A stretch of DNA of 63,432 nt, the filler included, from Octopus bimaculoides (lineage: Eukaryota), in the NCBI RefSeq assembly GCF_001194135.2. It is 8 parts of 7 records of this genome, joined end to end, with 100 filler letters (N's around TTAATTAATTAA, not from the genome) between each part and the next. Parts side by side here need not be neighbours in the genome. Positions count along the whole stretch, not along the records: positions 50,371 to 59,324 come from NC_068993.1; positions 59,425 to 60,869 come from NC_068995.1; positions 60,970 to 62,041 come from NW_026342457.1; positions 62,142 to 63,432 come from NC_068986.1; 4 more parts are not named here. The stretch is one strand, 5' to 3'. A model generated the notes under the pieces. The model was not told the origin of the DNA. It worked only from the letters and a program-made list of their open reading frames with translations, and made no database searches. This document shows positions 52,540-63,432 of this stretch, one piece after another. The position numbers and the translations under genes were made by a program. Each line of letters starts with the position of its first letter. Positions within the stretch are counted from its first letter, which is position 1.

Positions 52540-54238
52540 ATAATATCGAATGGAAATAGAAATATTAGAAATTTCTACTACCAGTGGCCTAGCGTGTAAA
52601 AATTTAGTCCAAAGATTATTTATTATTCATATAAATACAGTGTACATCTAAACACATAAGAGGTATCCATCATAGGATTCCCCCACACTAGAAAGAACAG
52701 CCAAGTTCCAAACCGCTGTCAGGGATAAAATTTCGAAAGGAATGAAATGAAAAATAAAAACATTTACCATCTAGTTTCCTGGACCATTGGTTTCTGATTT
52801 TTATTTTAGCAAATAAAATAATTTGCTAGGTAAAATCTTCATCAGCAGGTACACCAATGATTAAACATTAAACATATGATATATATATATCATATTTTAA
52901 GGCACCACAAACTGTAAGAGTGAGTGGGTGGAAAATCTTGATCATGCTGCTTGTGCACTGGTCAAAATTCTTAATCTTGCTGTCTTCTCTCAAAATGTTG
53001 AATCCTTAGTATATACTCTTTTCGAAATCTCCTTACCAATACAAGTGTTTCTTCCACGGAAATTGACTCACATTACATGTGGATTGATTTGCAATTTCTT
53101 AGAAATTCTTCGACATTTTGAAAAATTCTTGAAATCTTTCAATATCCTATGAACCTTTAGAGCTATCCTTTCCCAATATCATATTTGGTACCAAACGCTG
53201 TAGATGCTAACCTCTGTTCACAACTATTAGCACATCTCTTTTGTCGTCATAACTGGAAAAAGAACACCGATATGCTTATTTTAGCCTGTACAATTTTTTG
53301 CTTTGTTTCATTTATTTAAATACTTCTCAGTTGTTAATACGCATCAGTTGTTTGTTGTTCTTGTACAATTTCATTTCTATTTCTTCTTATTTATATTGCC
53401 CTGACTTCCTTGTCTTACGCTTTTCCATTGGTTTTTCTTAACTTCCCTGCTCCTTCCTTTCTTCATTTAGTTTCGCATATTATTTCATACCTTATATTCT
53501 ATTTTATCCTCTTTCACATTTCTCCATCATAAATGTACACTTCTTCCTTTGAGTTATTGTATCTAATTTACATCCTCTAGTATTTTAATCAATCGAATGT
53601 TCTTTCTTTCTTTCTTCATATTATCCTCATATTATCATGTTTTTGCTCTCTTTTACTCTTCGTCTCTATATTTCTTTTCAATTTTATTGTTAACAACTTA
53701 CTCTATTTCTTCACGATCAAACGAAATAAGCCATTTGAGTGTTCACAGTACTTGACGTGGACTCAACGCATTTGCTTGGACAGAATGCAAGCAACCATTT
53801 TTAGGTTCGAATCTTGCCAAAAACGCAACAAAATAAGTGTCAATATTGCTGAAAAGCACAGTGCACGAGGTTAATAATGAATTAACGCCGTCACGACTTA
53901 AAACAGTACCGCCCTCACAACCGTTTCAGCCAGATTCTGCCAATAACATATGTCTCATCTCACTAGCAAAGATTATCAGCTGCAAGTCCTTACTGTTGAA
54001 ATGACGTGATTCTGGAGAAGCCAAGCTTTTCTCCGAGTTTATTACTATTCATAAACACGATTTTGCTGTTTGCTTATGTCTCGTCTGTGAGTTCAGTTTG
54101 CACACGGATTTATCACACTCAACTCATTGTTTTCTTTTTCCATCGGCGTTCCATAATTTATTTCACAGAGAAAGTAATTAACACACACACACACACACAC
54201 ACACCGACACACACACACACACCGACACACACACACAG

Positions 54239-54269
<31 letters not shown>

Positions 54270-54714
54270 TACACACATGTGTATGTATGTATGCATGTAT
54301 GTATGTATGTGTATATGTGTGTGTGTGTGTCTACGTATGTTTGTATTTATGCATGCATATATGTACATATACACATGTATATCGATATTCATACATATGT
54401 GTGTGTGTTTAATTACTTTCCTTACGAAATAAATTACGAGATGCCGATGGAAAACCAATGGTTGGGGGTGACAAATCCGTGCTCAGACTGAAACCACAAG
54501 TGAAAAAAAGCAAACAATACACACACACATATACATGTGTGTATGCACATATAATGTATATGTAGATAATTACGTATGTACATGAGATACACGCATATAT
54601 ATATTTCAGAAATATATATATTTACATACATATGTGTATATATTGACATTTTTATATATATCTTATATACTATATATATCTATGTATATATATATATATT
54701 TGATAAATATATTC

Positions 54715-55083
54715 AAAAAGGGATAAAACTCTTTTACAAGAATTTTATCAAGAAGCCAGTGTGTAAAAAAATTCATAAGGGAAATTTCTATTCCCAAGAA
54801 TATAATTATTCGTTTATATTTATATAAAGGGCATTATTACAGAAAAATAATAACGCCACACAGAGAGTTGGTCATCTTCGGTTGGTTGTTTTTCCTCGCA
54901 TTAGGTACTAAATGTGGTTATTTTGAGAAGTCCACTGTGTGGCGTTATTATTTTTCTGTAATAATGCCCTTTATATAAATATAAACGAATAATTATATTC
55001 TTGGGAATAGAAATTTCCCTTATGAATTTTTTTACACACTGGCTTCTTGATAAAATTCTTGTAAAAGAGTTTTATCCCTTTTT
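54715..55083. repeat. Perfect 149-bp inverted repeat with 71-bp spacer, right arm ending at a gap
   Basis: 54715-54863 is the exact reverse complement of 54935-55083; 54600-54701 is also directly repeated at 55129-55230. Confidence 0.9.
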
Positions 55084-55887
55084 NNNNNNNNNNNNNNNNN
55101 NNNNNNNNNNNNNNNNNNNNNNNNNNNNTATATTTCAGAAATATATATATTTACATACATATGTGTATATATTGACATTTTTATATATATCTTATATACT
55201 ATATATATCTATGTATATATATATATATTTATATATCAATATCTGTGCCCATTTATACATTCATATGTATATGTATATATATTATTCACATATGAATGTG
55301 TGGAAGTGCGTGGCTTAGTGGTTAGGGTGCCGGTATCATGATCGTAAGATTGTGGTTTCTATTCATGGACCGTGCGACTCGTTGTGTTTTTCAACAAAAC
55401 ACTTCATTTCACGCTACCCCAGTCCACTCAACAAGCAAAAACGAGTAATCCTGGGATGAATTGACGTCCCGTCCGTATAAACTCCCCCCAACGTCCAACT
55501 GGGAAATTTATAGGCCATGAAACCCGGGAAACCGGCCTTTATGTGTCACCATGATTCGAGAAGGAAGGTTTACATATGTATGTATATACATATCTACTGC
55601 CCGCATAAAGGTGTGTTCACGTACACATATAGACACAGCTATATACGACTTTCTTTGGTATTGGATATTCATCGCGTACAGTGTTCCTAGTGAATTTAAT
55701 CACCGTGACAGGTGGACAGTCGAAATAAATGAATAGACAAAATCCTTTCACTTTTATAAAAACATTAAAAACGTATGGAATGCCCTACAGACAAAAAAAC
55801 TATGTCCATTTACGCGGGTGCTCTGGGACATAAGTAATGGGTGTGTAAAGTTTGGTGAAAATCGGTCGAGAATTGTGGAAGCGTATT

Positions 55888-55977
55888 CGTTCAGTGTTCT
55901 TAGAGAATTTAATTACAGTCTATTTATTTCCACTGCCCTCCAGCGACTGTAATTAAATTCACTAAGAACACTGAACG
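55888..55977. other. 90-nt hairpin (33-bp arms, one A-A mismatch, 24-nt loop)
   Basis: CGTTCAGTGTTCTTAG-A-GAATTTAATTACAGTC pairs with GACTGTAATTAAATTC-A-CTAAGAACACTGAACG. Confidence 0.85.
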
Positions 55978-56993
55978 CATATTATATATATTATTATATT
56001 ATATTATATATATCTTATATATAATAAAGCTGAAGTTGTGTATCTGTGTGAAGCCTTTTTAAAAGTTTATAGAAATCCACATTTTCCACTTTTTCGTAAA
56101 AATTTTACATCAATGGAATTTTCTCGATGTGAACTTTCCAGTGCAGTAATTAGATTTTTAAAAATTGTGTGATTTAAGGGAGATTTGGCCGTTGTTTCTA
56201 GCAACTTTTATATTTCTTCTCTTCTACCTGTACCGGCGTTCTTACACATNNNNNNNNNNNNNNNNNNNNNNNNNNNNNNNNNNNNNNNNNNNNNNNNNNN
56301 NNNNNNNNNNNNNNNNNNNNNNNNNNNNNNNNNNNNNNNNNNNNNNNNNNNNNNNNNNNNNNNNNNNNNNNNNNNNNNNNNNNNNNNNNNNNNNNNNNNN
56401 NNNNNNNNNNNNNNNNNNNNNNNNNNNNNNNNNNNNNNNNNNNNNNNNNNNNNNNNNNNNNNNNNNNNNNNNNNNNNNNNNNNNNNNNNNNNNNNNNNNN
56501 NNNNNNNNNNNNNNNNNNNNNNNNNNAGAGAGAGAGAGAGAGAGAGAGAGAGAAAGTGATACATACAAAGTCATAGATTAACTTCGTTTTCACTTACTTC
56601 GTTCTTCTTCCTCTCTCCCATTTAATAGCTTTCTTCTATTCCTCTACCTCTAACATATTTTTCATAACATAGAAACGTAAAAACACACACATTCACACAT
56701 ACGTGATCTGTGACAACAACATACACATAAACACATACACACATCAACATTATAGATATAAGATTTACTTTGTGTGTGTTTCTTATATAAACACGCACAC
56801 GCATTACTATTTTATAACTGTCTCCCTCTTCTATCTCTCTCTCTCGCTCTCTCAAACCATACACGCGCACGTACACACAAGCATTCACTACAATATAACT
56901 CATGTTCTTCAATGTTTTGTAAATATACAAACTACAGAGCTTATGTAGACAGGACAACACATTGCAAAATCAGTGAACTTCATTAGAAATGTG

Positions 56994-57226
56994 GGTACTT
57001 TTTCAGATTAACACCCGCACGATTTTCACTAGGGTGTTAGGGTTAGGGTTTAGGGTTAGTGTTAGGGTTAGGATTAAGGTTAGTGTTACGGTTACGGTTT
57101 TAGGGTCAGGGTTAGGGTTTTAGGGTTAGGGTTTAGGGCTAGGGTTTAGGGTTAGGGTTTAGGGTTAGGGTTTAGGGTTAGGGCTAGGGTTAGGTAATCG
57201 TGCGGGTGCTGATCTGAAAAATTACC
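56994..57226. mobile_element. Merlin-like MITE whose interior is a telomeric repeat array
   Basis: 31-bp TIRs 56994-57024 and 57196-57226 (28/31) starting GGTAC/GGTAA; exact 8-bp TSD GAAATGTG at 56986-56993 and 57227-57234. Confidence 0.85.
57029..57195 (+). repeat. Interstitial telomere-like array (TTAGGG, TTTAGGG, CTAGGG, TCAGGG, TTACGG variants)
   Basis: Direct reading. Confidence 0.95.
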
Positions 57227-58142
57227 GAAATGTGAAAACTACCGACCATGCCATCTGTTATGTTCTGTTTAATATGTACATAGATTATGCCTCCAAAGAA
57301 GAGAGCTTGCTGGGGAAAGAAAGCAACCGGTTTAAAAAGACAGCAACAGACTGCAGCAATTCAACACATTCCAGAAGCTACTTTGAACATAATGCAAAAT
57401 GGTGCATCAACATCTACTGCCCAATCTGATAGAATTTTGGCAGAACTGTGTAGCAACAGATCGCCAGCAATTGCTTCATCAGAAATTGCCGTCCTAGCTC
57501 CTGCTAAAAGGGATTACCTTGCTATGTATAATCAGGACAGCACAAAAGGTTGCTTTGCACAAGCATTTGTATAGCCAATTAGACGGATGAAATTTACGTA
57601 CGCTTAATAATATTACGCAAAACAGCCTTCAGACTTTCCCTATTAATTTCATCGTCTTCTGAATTATGGACATATTTACATCATAAGGGTTTTTTCATTG
57701 TAAGGCTTTCTTTTTTAGTTGATTTTCACCTAGCAAGACTTATCGTAGATGGCGTAATAAGTCACAACCGGACAACGTCGGGTTATACTGCTAGTATATA
57801 TATATAAGTAAACAAATAGTATTACAGTTACAAGATAGAATTTATAAAACAAAGAATTTATTCCAAAACGGACTTTCAGACAATACGACGAACATAGACT
57901 ACTAGATATTTTGTTTCTTAATCTACATCACATTACAAACATGATATTACACACAAAAAAAAAAAACCTAATAAAGACAAGTGGAAAAGTATATCTCATA
58001 AACAATGTCTTCGGATAATATATAAAGAAAATGACAAGCTCAGAGCAATATCGAAGGATTAAATGTATTATCTGTCAAATGATTTGCGTTAAGTTGAAAA
58101 TAGTCACTCCTTTTGGTCATTGTTTCATTGTAACATTGAAGT

Positions 58143-58480
58143 TTAAATGTTTGGAAAATGATGACGGTGTTTCTTGATTCCAACCGTAGACGTTGGGTTC
58201 ATATTTACAAATAACAGTAATTCGTCGTTTCCATATAAATCTATTTCTGTAAACGGAAATATCTTCAGTTTGCATAAAATATACAACCTTCTGTCAACAA
58301 CTTCAGTTGAGTAATCCGATCCCATGCAAATATCGAAGAGTCCATTGCCGTATTTCTTTTGTAATAGAGTAGAGATTTTCGAGATAATGGAATGGTTTTA
58401 CATTAGAAATGTGGAAGAGTTGTGTTGGAGCTAGTATGGTTGATAGCATCCGTTAGTATCTGTTGGTTAGTTGAAGCGTC
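58143..58480 (-). pseudogene. Penelope-type RT fragment (second, older copy)
   Basis: NGLFDICMGSDYSTEVV...LYILCKL...IDLYGNDEL aligns by eye to the FDITMG..SAE..IYLL..FYRDD segment at 2725-3105. Confidence 0.65.
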
Positions 58481-59271
58481 AAACTTTCTTTTAGTTATGG
58501 AATTAATCTTATGCTATGAAAGCTTTAGCGCTATCCTATAGTGACCGCACTTGAGCTATCGTTTAATATTAGATCATAGAGAATTTAATGTAATATAGCT
58601 AAAAATTAAGTCTCTGGCACGTTTCGGTATTCTGATCTTATCCAAATGAGTAAAGATTAAAAATGGTTACTGCTCTGATCTTATACACACACATACATGT
58701 GTGTATACATGCATACATGCATGCATACATACATACATACATACATACATGCATACACACACGAGTACACGCGCGCGCACACACACACTTTTATATACAT
58801 ACACATATACATTTGTATGTATATTTATGTACTTATGCACACATATATACATAGCTATATAGGCACAGATACACATAGAGACGTATATATACATGTGTCT
58901 GTGTGTGTGCGTGCGTGAGTGTAGTGTGTGTATGTGTGAGTGTGTGAGTGTGTGTGTATGTGTTAAATTAGGTAATCTTCCTAGTAAAATCTTTTGCCAA
59001 GAAAATACCCATAACTGATGTATTTATTATACGAGAGCAAGATTAATCAGCTCTAAAAACGTGAATAGGAACGATCAGTTGATTCCAAGTATTTCACTTC
59101 ATTAAGTTGCCGTGACCAATTGAAAGTATATCGTTGCTTGTATTAAACTACACTCATCATCTTCAATGGATCAAAATTTACAGCGGGTGGTCATCCACCA
59201 TATATGCAATTATTATGTATATGTGTGTGTGTATGAGCTCTCACTCACTCACTCACTCACTCACTCACTCA

Positions 59272-59324
<53 letters not shown>

Positions 59325-59424
59325 NNNNNNNNNNNNNNNNNNNNNNNNNNNNNNNNNNNNNNNNNNNNTTAATTAATTAANNNNNNNNNNNNNNNNNNNN
59401 NNNNNNNNNNNNNNNNNNNNNNNN

Positions 59425-59466
<42 letters not shown>

Positions 59467-59689
59467 AAAGTATGTTGTTGATGTATGCCAAGAAAAGCAA
59501 CGTTTATGATTGTATGATACGCACATGATAATTTGAAACAATCGAGTCTGATCGCATACATAATTATTATTATTAACCCCTCCCTTAAAATTGCTGGCTT
59601 TGTGCCAAAAGTTGAAACTATTATTATTATTGTTGTTGTTGTTGTTAACCCTTAGTAGTTAAGTATAAAAATCATTATCATTATTGTAG

Positions 59690-59965
59690 TTGTTGTTTAG
59701 GTCGTCCTCTGTCGATTTGTGCCGTTTGCACTGCCATCCGTCTCGGGTCCTCAGTTCTGGTTAACTCGCCAGCGGTTTCCATGGCTACACCTTTATTCAA
59801 TGCATCCGGCTATATGTTAGTGTGTGACACCCTTTCTTTCGATACCCATGTGTTGCCTTCCGTGTTGACGAGCTGATTGGCTGCAAGATCGCTATGTATT
59901 TGGCAGTGAGCAGTCGGCCAGCCTCGTTGTTCTTTCAGCTTCTTTCTCAACTAACTCTAGTAACA
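59690..59965 (-). mobile_element. RTE-like LINE 3' end fragment
   Basis: Minus frame THGYRKKG..TLTY...RDGW resembles an RTE C-terminus; simple-repeat tail. Confidence 0.45.
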
Positions 59966-60835
59966 TCTCTTTTACTCTTTTACTCTTTTACTTGTTTCAG
60001 TCATTTGACTGCGGCCATGCTGGAGCACCGCCTTTAGTCGAGCAAATCGACCCCAGGACTTATTCTTTGTAAGCCTAGTACTTATTNNNNNNNNNNGTTA
60101 ACATACTTCTGTACAGCAAGCTGCATTTTGGTGTCGCACTCAGTATTTACAGCCACTCTGCAACCGCTCAAAAAAAAAAAAAAAAACAACCTGAAATTGA
60201 TATATCGACTGAAGGTGAAGTCCCACACTCTGGCTATGCCGTTCAGGGCCTACCATCAAAGCGTTTTCCTCACTGCGGTTTTGCTCTGAAGTGCTGACCA
60301 TCGAGTCCAATTCTTTGGAGTCTTTGACTTTCCTAACACCAATGCCTCCGGTTGTTAAATGAAACATCTATAACTAGAGCCTGTAAATTTCTCTCTTCTG
60401 TCTAAATACATAATTACACGCATATTTGCCTCGCTTTGTGTCTACGGATATCGAGTACTCTTGTGAAATTTCGTCTATGTGTGTGTGCGTGCGCGCGCGC
60501 GAGTGTTTGTGTGCAAAAGTACAGCGCTTTATGTATTACAGAATATAGCTGGAGCATACATATCTTTGCATGTGTGTGTGACTTTATGTCTGTGTCCGCC
60601 ACCAGTGCTTGACAACCGGTGTTGGTGTGTTTATGTTTCTGTAGCGGTTCGGGGAAAAAAACGATATAATAAGTACCAAGCTTAACAAATATGAGTACTG
60701 GGGTCGATTCGTTCGACTAAAAATTCTTCAAGGCAGTGCTCTAGAATGGCCGCAGTCTAAAGCCTGAAAGAAATAAGATATAAATGGGAAGAGGGAGAGA
60801 GAGAGCGAGAGAGATCGAGAGAGTGAGAGAGGTTA

Positions 60836-60869
<34 letters not shown>

Positions 60870-60969
60870 NNNNNNNNNNNNNNNNNNNNNNNNNNNNNNN
60901 NNNNNNNNNNNNNTTAATTAATTAANNNNNNNNNNNNNNNNNNNNNNNNNNNNNNNNNNNNNNNNNNNN

Positions 60970-62041
60970 GTGTGAGCCATGTACAGAGACACTGTCAGTA
61001 AGGTGAGGGTTGGCAACGACTACAGTGCAGAATTCCAGTTAGAGGTAGGAGTCCACCAAGGTTCAGTCCTCAGCCCCCTCCTATTTATCATAGTCCTCCA
61101 GGCAATAACAGAGGAATTCAAGACAGGTTGCCCCTGGGAGCTCCTCTATGCTGATGACTTTATGCTAATTGTGGAGTCACTATCAGAACTAGAGGAGAAG
61201 TTTCAGGTGTGGAAGCAAGGACTAGAATTGAAGGGCCTTAGAGTCAACCTAGCTTAAAGCAAAGTCCTAATAAGTAGGAAGGTAGACAAAACACAAACCC
61301 CTTCAGGTAGATGACCCTGCTCAATCTGTAGAAAAGGCATTGATAGAAAAGTTGAACCTAAGAAGCATCAGTTGTAGTGTGCAATAGAGACGATTGCACT
61401 GGTATGGTCATGTGGCGAGAATAGATGAGGATACCTGTGTGAAAAAGTGCCACAGCCTAGCGGTTGAGGGAACTTGTGGAAGAGGTAGACCCAGGAAGAC
61501 CTGGGATGAGGTGGTGAAGCACGACCTTTGAACTTTAGGCCTCACCGAAGCAATGACTTCTGACCGAGACCTTTGGAAATATGCTGTGCGTGAGAAGACC
61601 CAGCAAGCCAAGTGAGACCATAATCCAAGGCCTCTTCCAGAGTGTAGCAAGCCAACTTATGCGTACCTTTCCTTCATTGGACACTAAACTCCACTTGCGA
61701 AGACCTATTGAGGTAAGTAAAATCGAAATCGAACTAAATTTGACGACTGGCACCTATGCCAACGTCTCCTTCATTGGACACTAAACTCAGCTTGCGAAGA
61801 CTTGTTGGGGCAAGTGAAAGCGAAATCGTGATGGCACCTGTACTAGTGGCACGCTAACAGCACCATCCAAGCAGGATCATTGCCAGAGCAGCTGTCTGGC
61901 TTCCATGCCAGTGGCACGTAAATAGCACCATTTGAGTGTGATCGTTACCAGCGTCGCCTTACTGGCACTTGTGCCTGTGGCACGTGAAAACACATTCGAG
62001 CGAAGTCGTTGCTAGTGCCGCTGGACTGGCTCCTGTGCAGG
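60970..62041 (+). mobile_element. RTE-clade LINE fragment with internal deletion and tandem-module 3' UTR
   Basis: VGVHQGSVLSPLLF, LLYADD, GLRVNL; then RRLHWYGHVARI...GRGRPRKTW...DRDLWK; 3' UTR with repeated TGGCAC modules. Confidence 0.88.
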
Positions 62042-62158
62042 NNNNNNNNNNNNNNNNNNNNNNNNNNNNNNNNNNNNNNNNNNNNTTAATTAATTAANNN
62101 NNNNNNNNNNNNNNNNNNNNNNNNNNNNNNNNNNNNNNNNNATATATGTATATATATG

Positions 62159-62204
<46 letters not shown>

Positions 62205-63169
62205 AATAATATATATATACCTACATATATGTGTGTGTGTATTTGTGCTTGTGTGTATGTATGTATGTATGTATGTATGTATGTATGTATGTATGCATGA
62301 ACTGTGTGTGTCTTGGTGTTCGTTACCCGCCATCGCTTGACAACTGCTGTTGGTCTGTTTATGTCCCCCGTAACCTAGCGGTTCGGCAAAAGAACTGCTA
62401 GAATAAGTACCAGACTTTAAAATTAAGATAGATTTGTCCGAGTAAACACATCAAAGCAGTGTGCTCCAGCTTGACCGCAGTTCAATGACAGAAACAAACG
62501 AGCAAAAACAAGTAGAACTAAACAAAATGAAAGCGGATGAAAACATGTTCAAGCATCGTAATTCAGTAAATTTCTGTAAACAACTAAGAATAAAGATGAA
62601 TAAGAATAGCTCGTGTCTTGGGGCGAGGGATTCATTTGTCAAACTCAACAATTATGTCTAATGCCAATCCCATGCCGTTTATCTCGTGGTATGTATTTAG
62701 CGCACAGGCGGCGAGCTGACAGAAATGTTAGCACGCCGGGCGAAATGCTTAGCACTATTTCGTCTGTCGTTACGTTCTGAGTTCAAATTCTGCCGAGGTT
62801 GACTTTGCCTTTCATCCTTTCGGGGTTGATAAATTAAGTACCAGGTACCCACTGGGGTCGATATAATCGACTTAATCCCTTTGTCTGTCCTTGTTTGTCC
62901 CCTCTATGTTTAGCCCCTTGTAGGCAATAAAGAAATAGGAATCGTTAGGGCGCTGGACAAATTGCTTAGCGGCATTTCTCCCGGCTCTCTAGGTTTTGCG
63001 TTCAAATAACGCCGCGGATGATATTGCCTTTCATCCTTTCAGGGTCGATAAAATAAGTGCCAGTCAAGTATTGAGGGTCGATACCTTATTGAATAACTTC
63101 CGCCTACTAAAATATTGCTGGTGATGTGCCGAAATTAGAAACAATTATGTTTGTCATCCTTGGAATAAG

Positions 63170-63390
63170 CAGCGTGAACGACGCCATCGCAAGTTCTGCT
63201 GGGCTGGATATGTCGCAACGTCCACAGACAACAAGTAGAATCGTGCCGAATAGTATTCAAGAGATCAGGAAAGGCCGGTCAGATGTTCTCCACGACGATG
63301 GGAAGACGATTTAGTAAAACAATTTGGGCCAAAACAAAAAAGAAGACCGCAAACAAGAAAGAATTAGAAGTGGTGTAAACAGCATCTGAT
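63170..63390 (+). mobile_element. RTE-1 LINE 3' end fragment
   Basis: RKFCWAGYVATSTDNK...RDQERPVRCSPRRWEDDLVKQFG. Confidence 0.65.
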
Positions 63391-63396
63391 AATTTG

Positions 63397-63432
<36 letters not shown>

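Larger units (their letters stand above)
56013..57794 (+). mobile_element. Non-autonomous Helitron (3' end clear, 5' end tentative)
   Basis: 3' hairpin AACCGGAC-AAC-GTCGGGTT then ATACTG-CTAG followed by T at 57795; short MPPKKR-initiated ORF 57287-57574 resembling a Helitron N-terminus; candidate A|TC start at 56013. Confidence 0.6.

Noticed and set aside
52800-53760. Purine-skewed minus-strand stretch resembling a decayed LINE
   Set aside because: No RT or endonuclease motif could be recovered by eye.
60140-60367. 75-codon minus-strand ORF with AG acceptor and possible GT donors
   Set aside because: No recognisable domain and no partner exons; a short stop-free stretch is expected by chance.

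Overview
Repeat-dominated, AT-rich animal genomic DNA with many assembly gaps. The SINE and microsatellite content resembles what I recall from Octopus (cephalopod) assemblies; this is an inference, not a database result. One host gene is recognisable: three spliced coding exons (12484-13779, +) of an SDR9C-type (RDH/HSD17B6-like) short-chain dehydrogenase, whose final exon I could not find. The rest is transposon debris: Penelope-like elements, a Tx1/L1 LINE, R4/Dong-like and RTE LINEs, three hAT elements, a mariner, two Helitrons, several MITEs, and at least three tRNA-SINE families, plus simple repeats. The most notable observations are: (1) a 233-bp Merlin-like MITE (31-bp TIRs, exact 8-bp TSD) whose interior is a telomeric TTAGGG/TTTAGGG array, apparently nested in a Helitron; (2) a second Merlin-like MITE; (3) a fully foldable type I hammerhead ribozyme at 19782-19856 (-); (4) R4/Dong-like LINE ends that repeatedly abut (TACA)n; (5) several long palindromes. 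Most ORFs in the supplied track are artefacts of microsatellites or N-runs. TE boundaries without TIR/TSD support are approximate.
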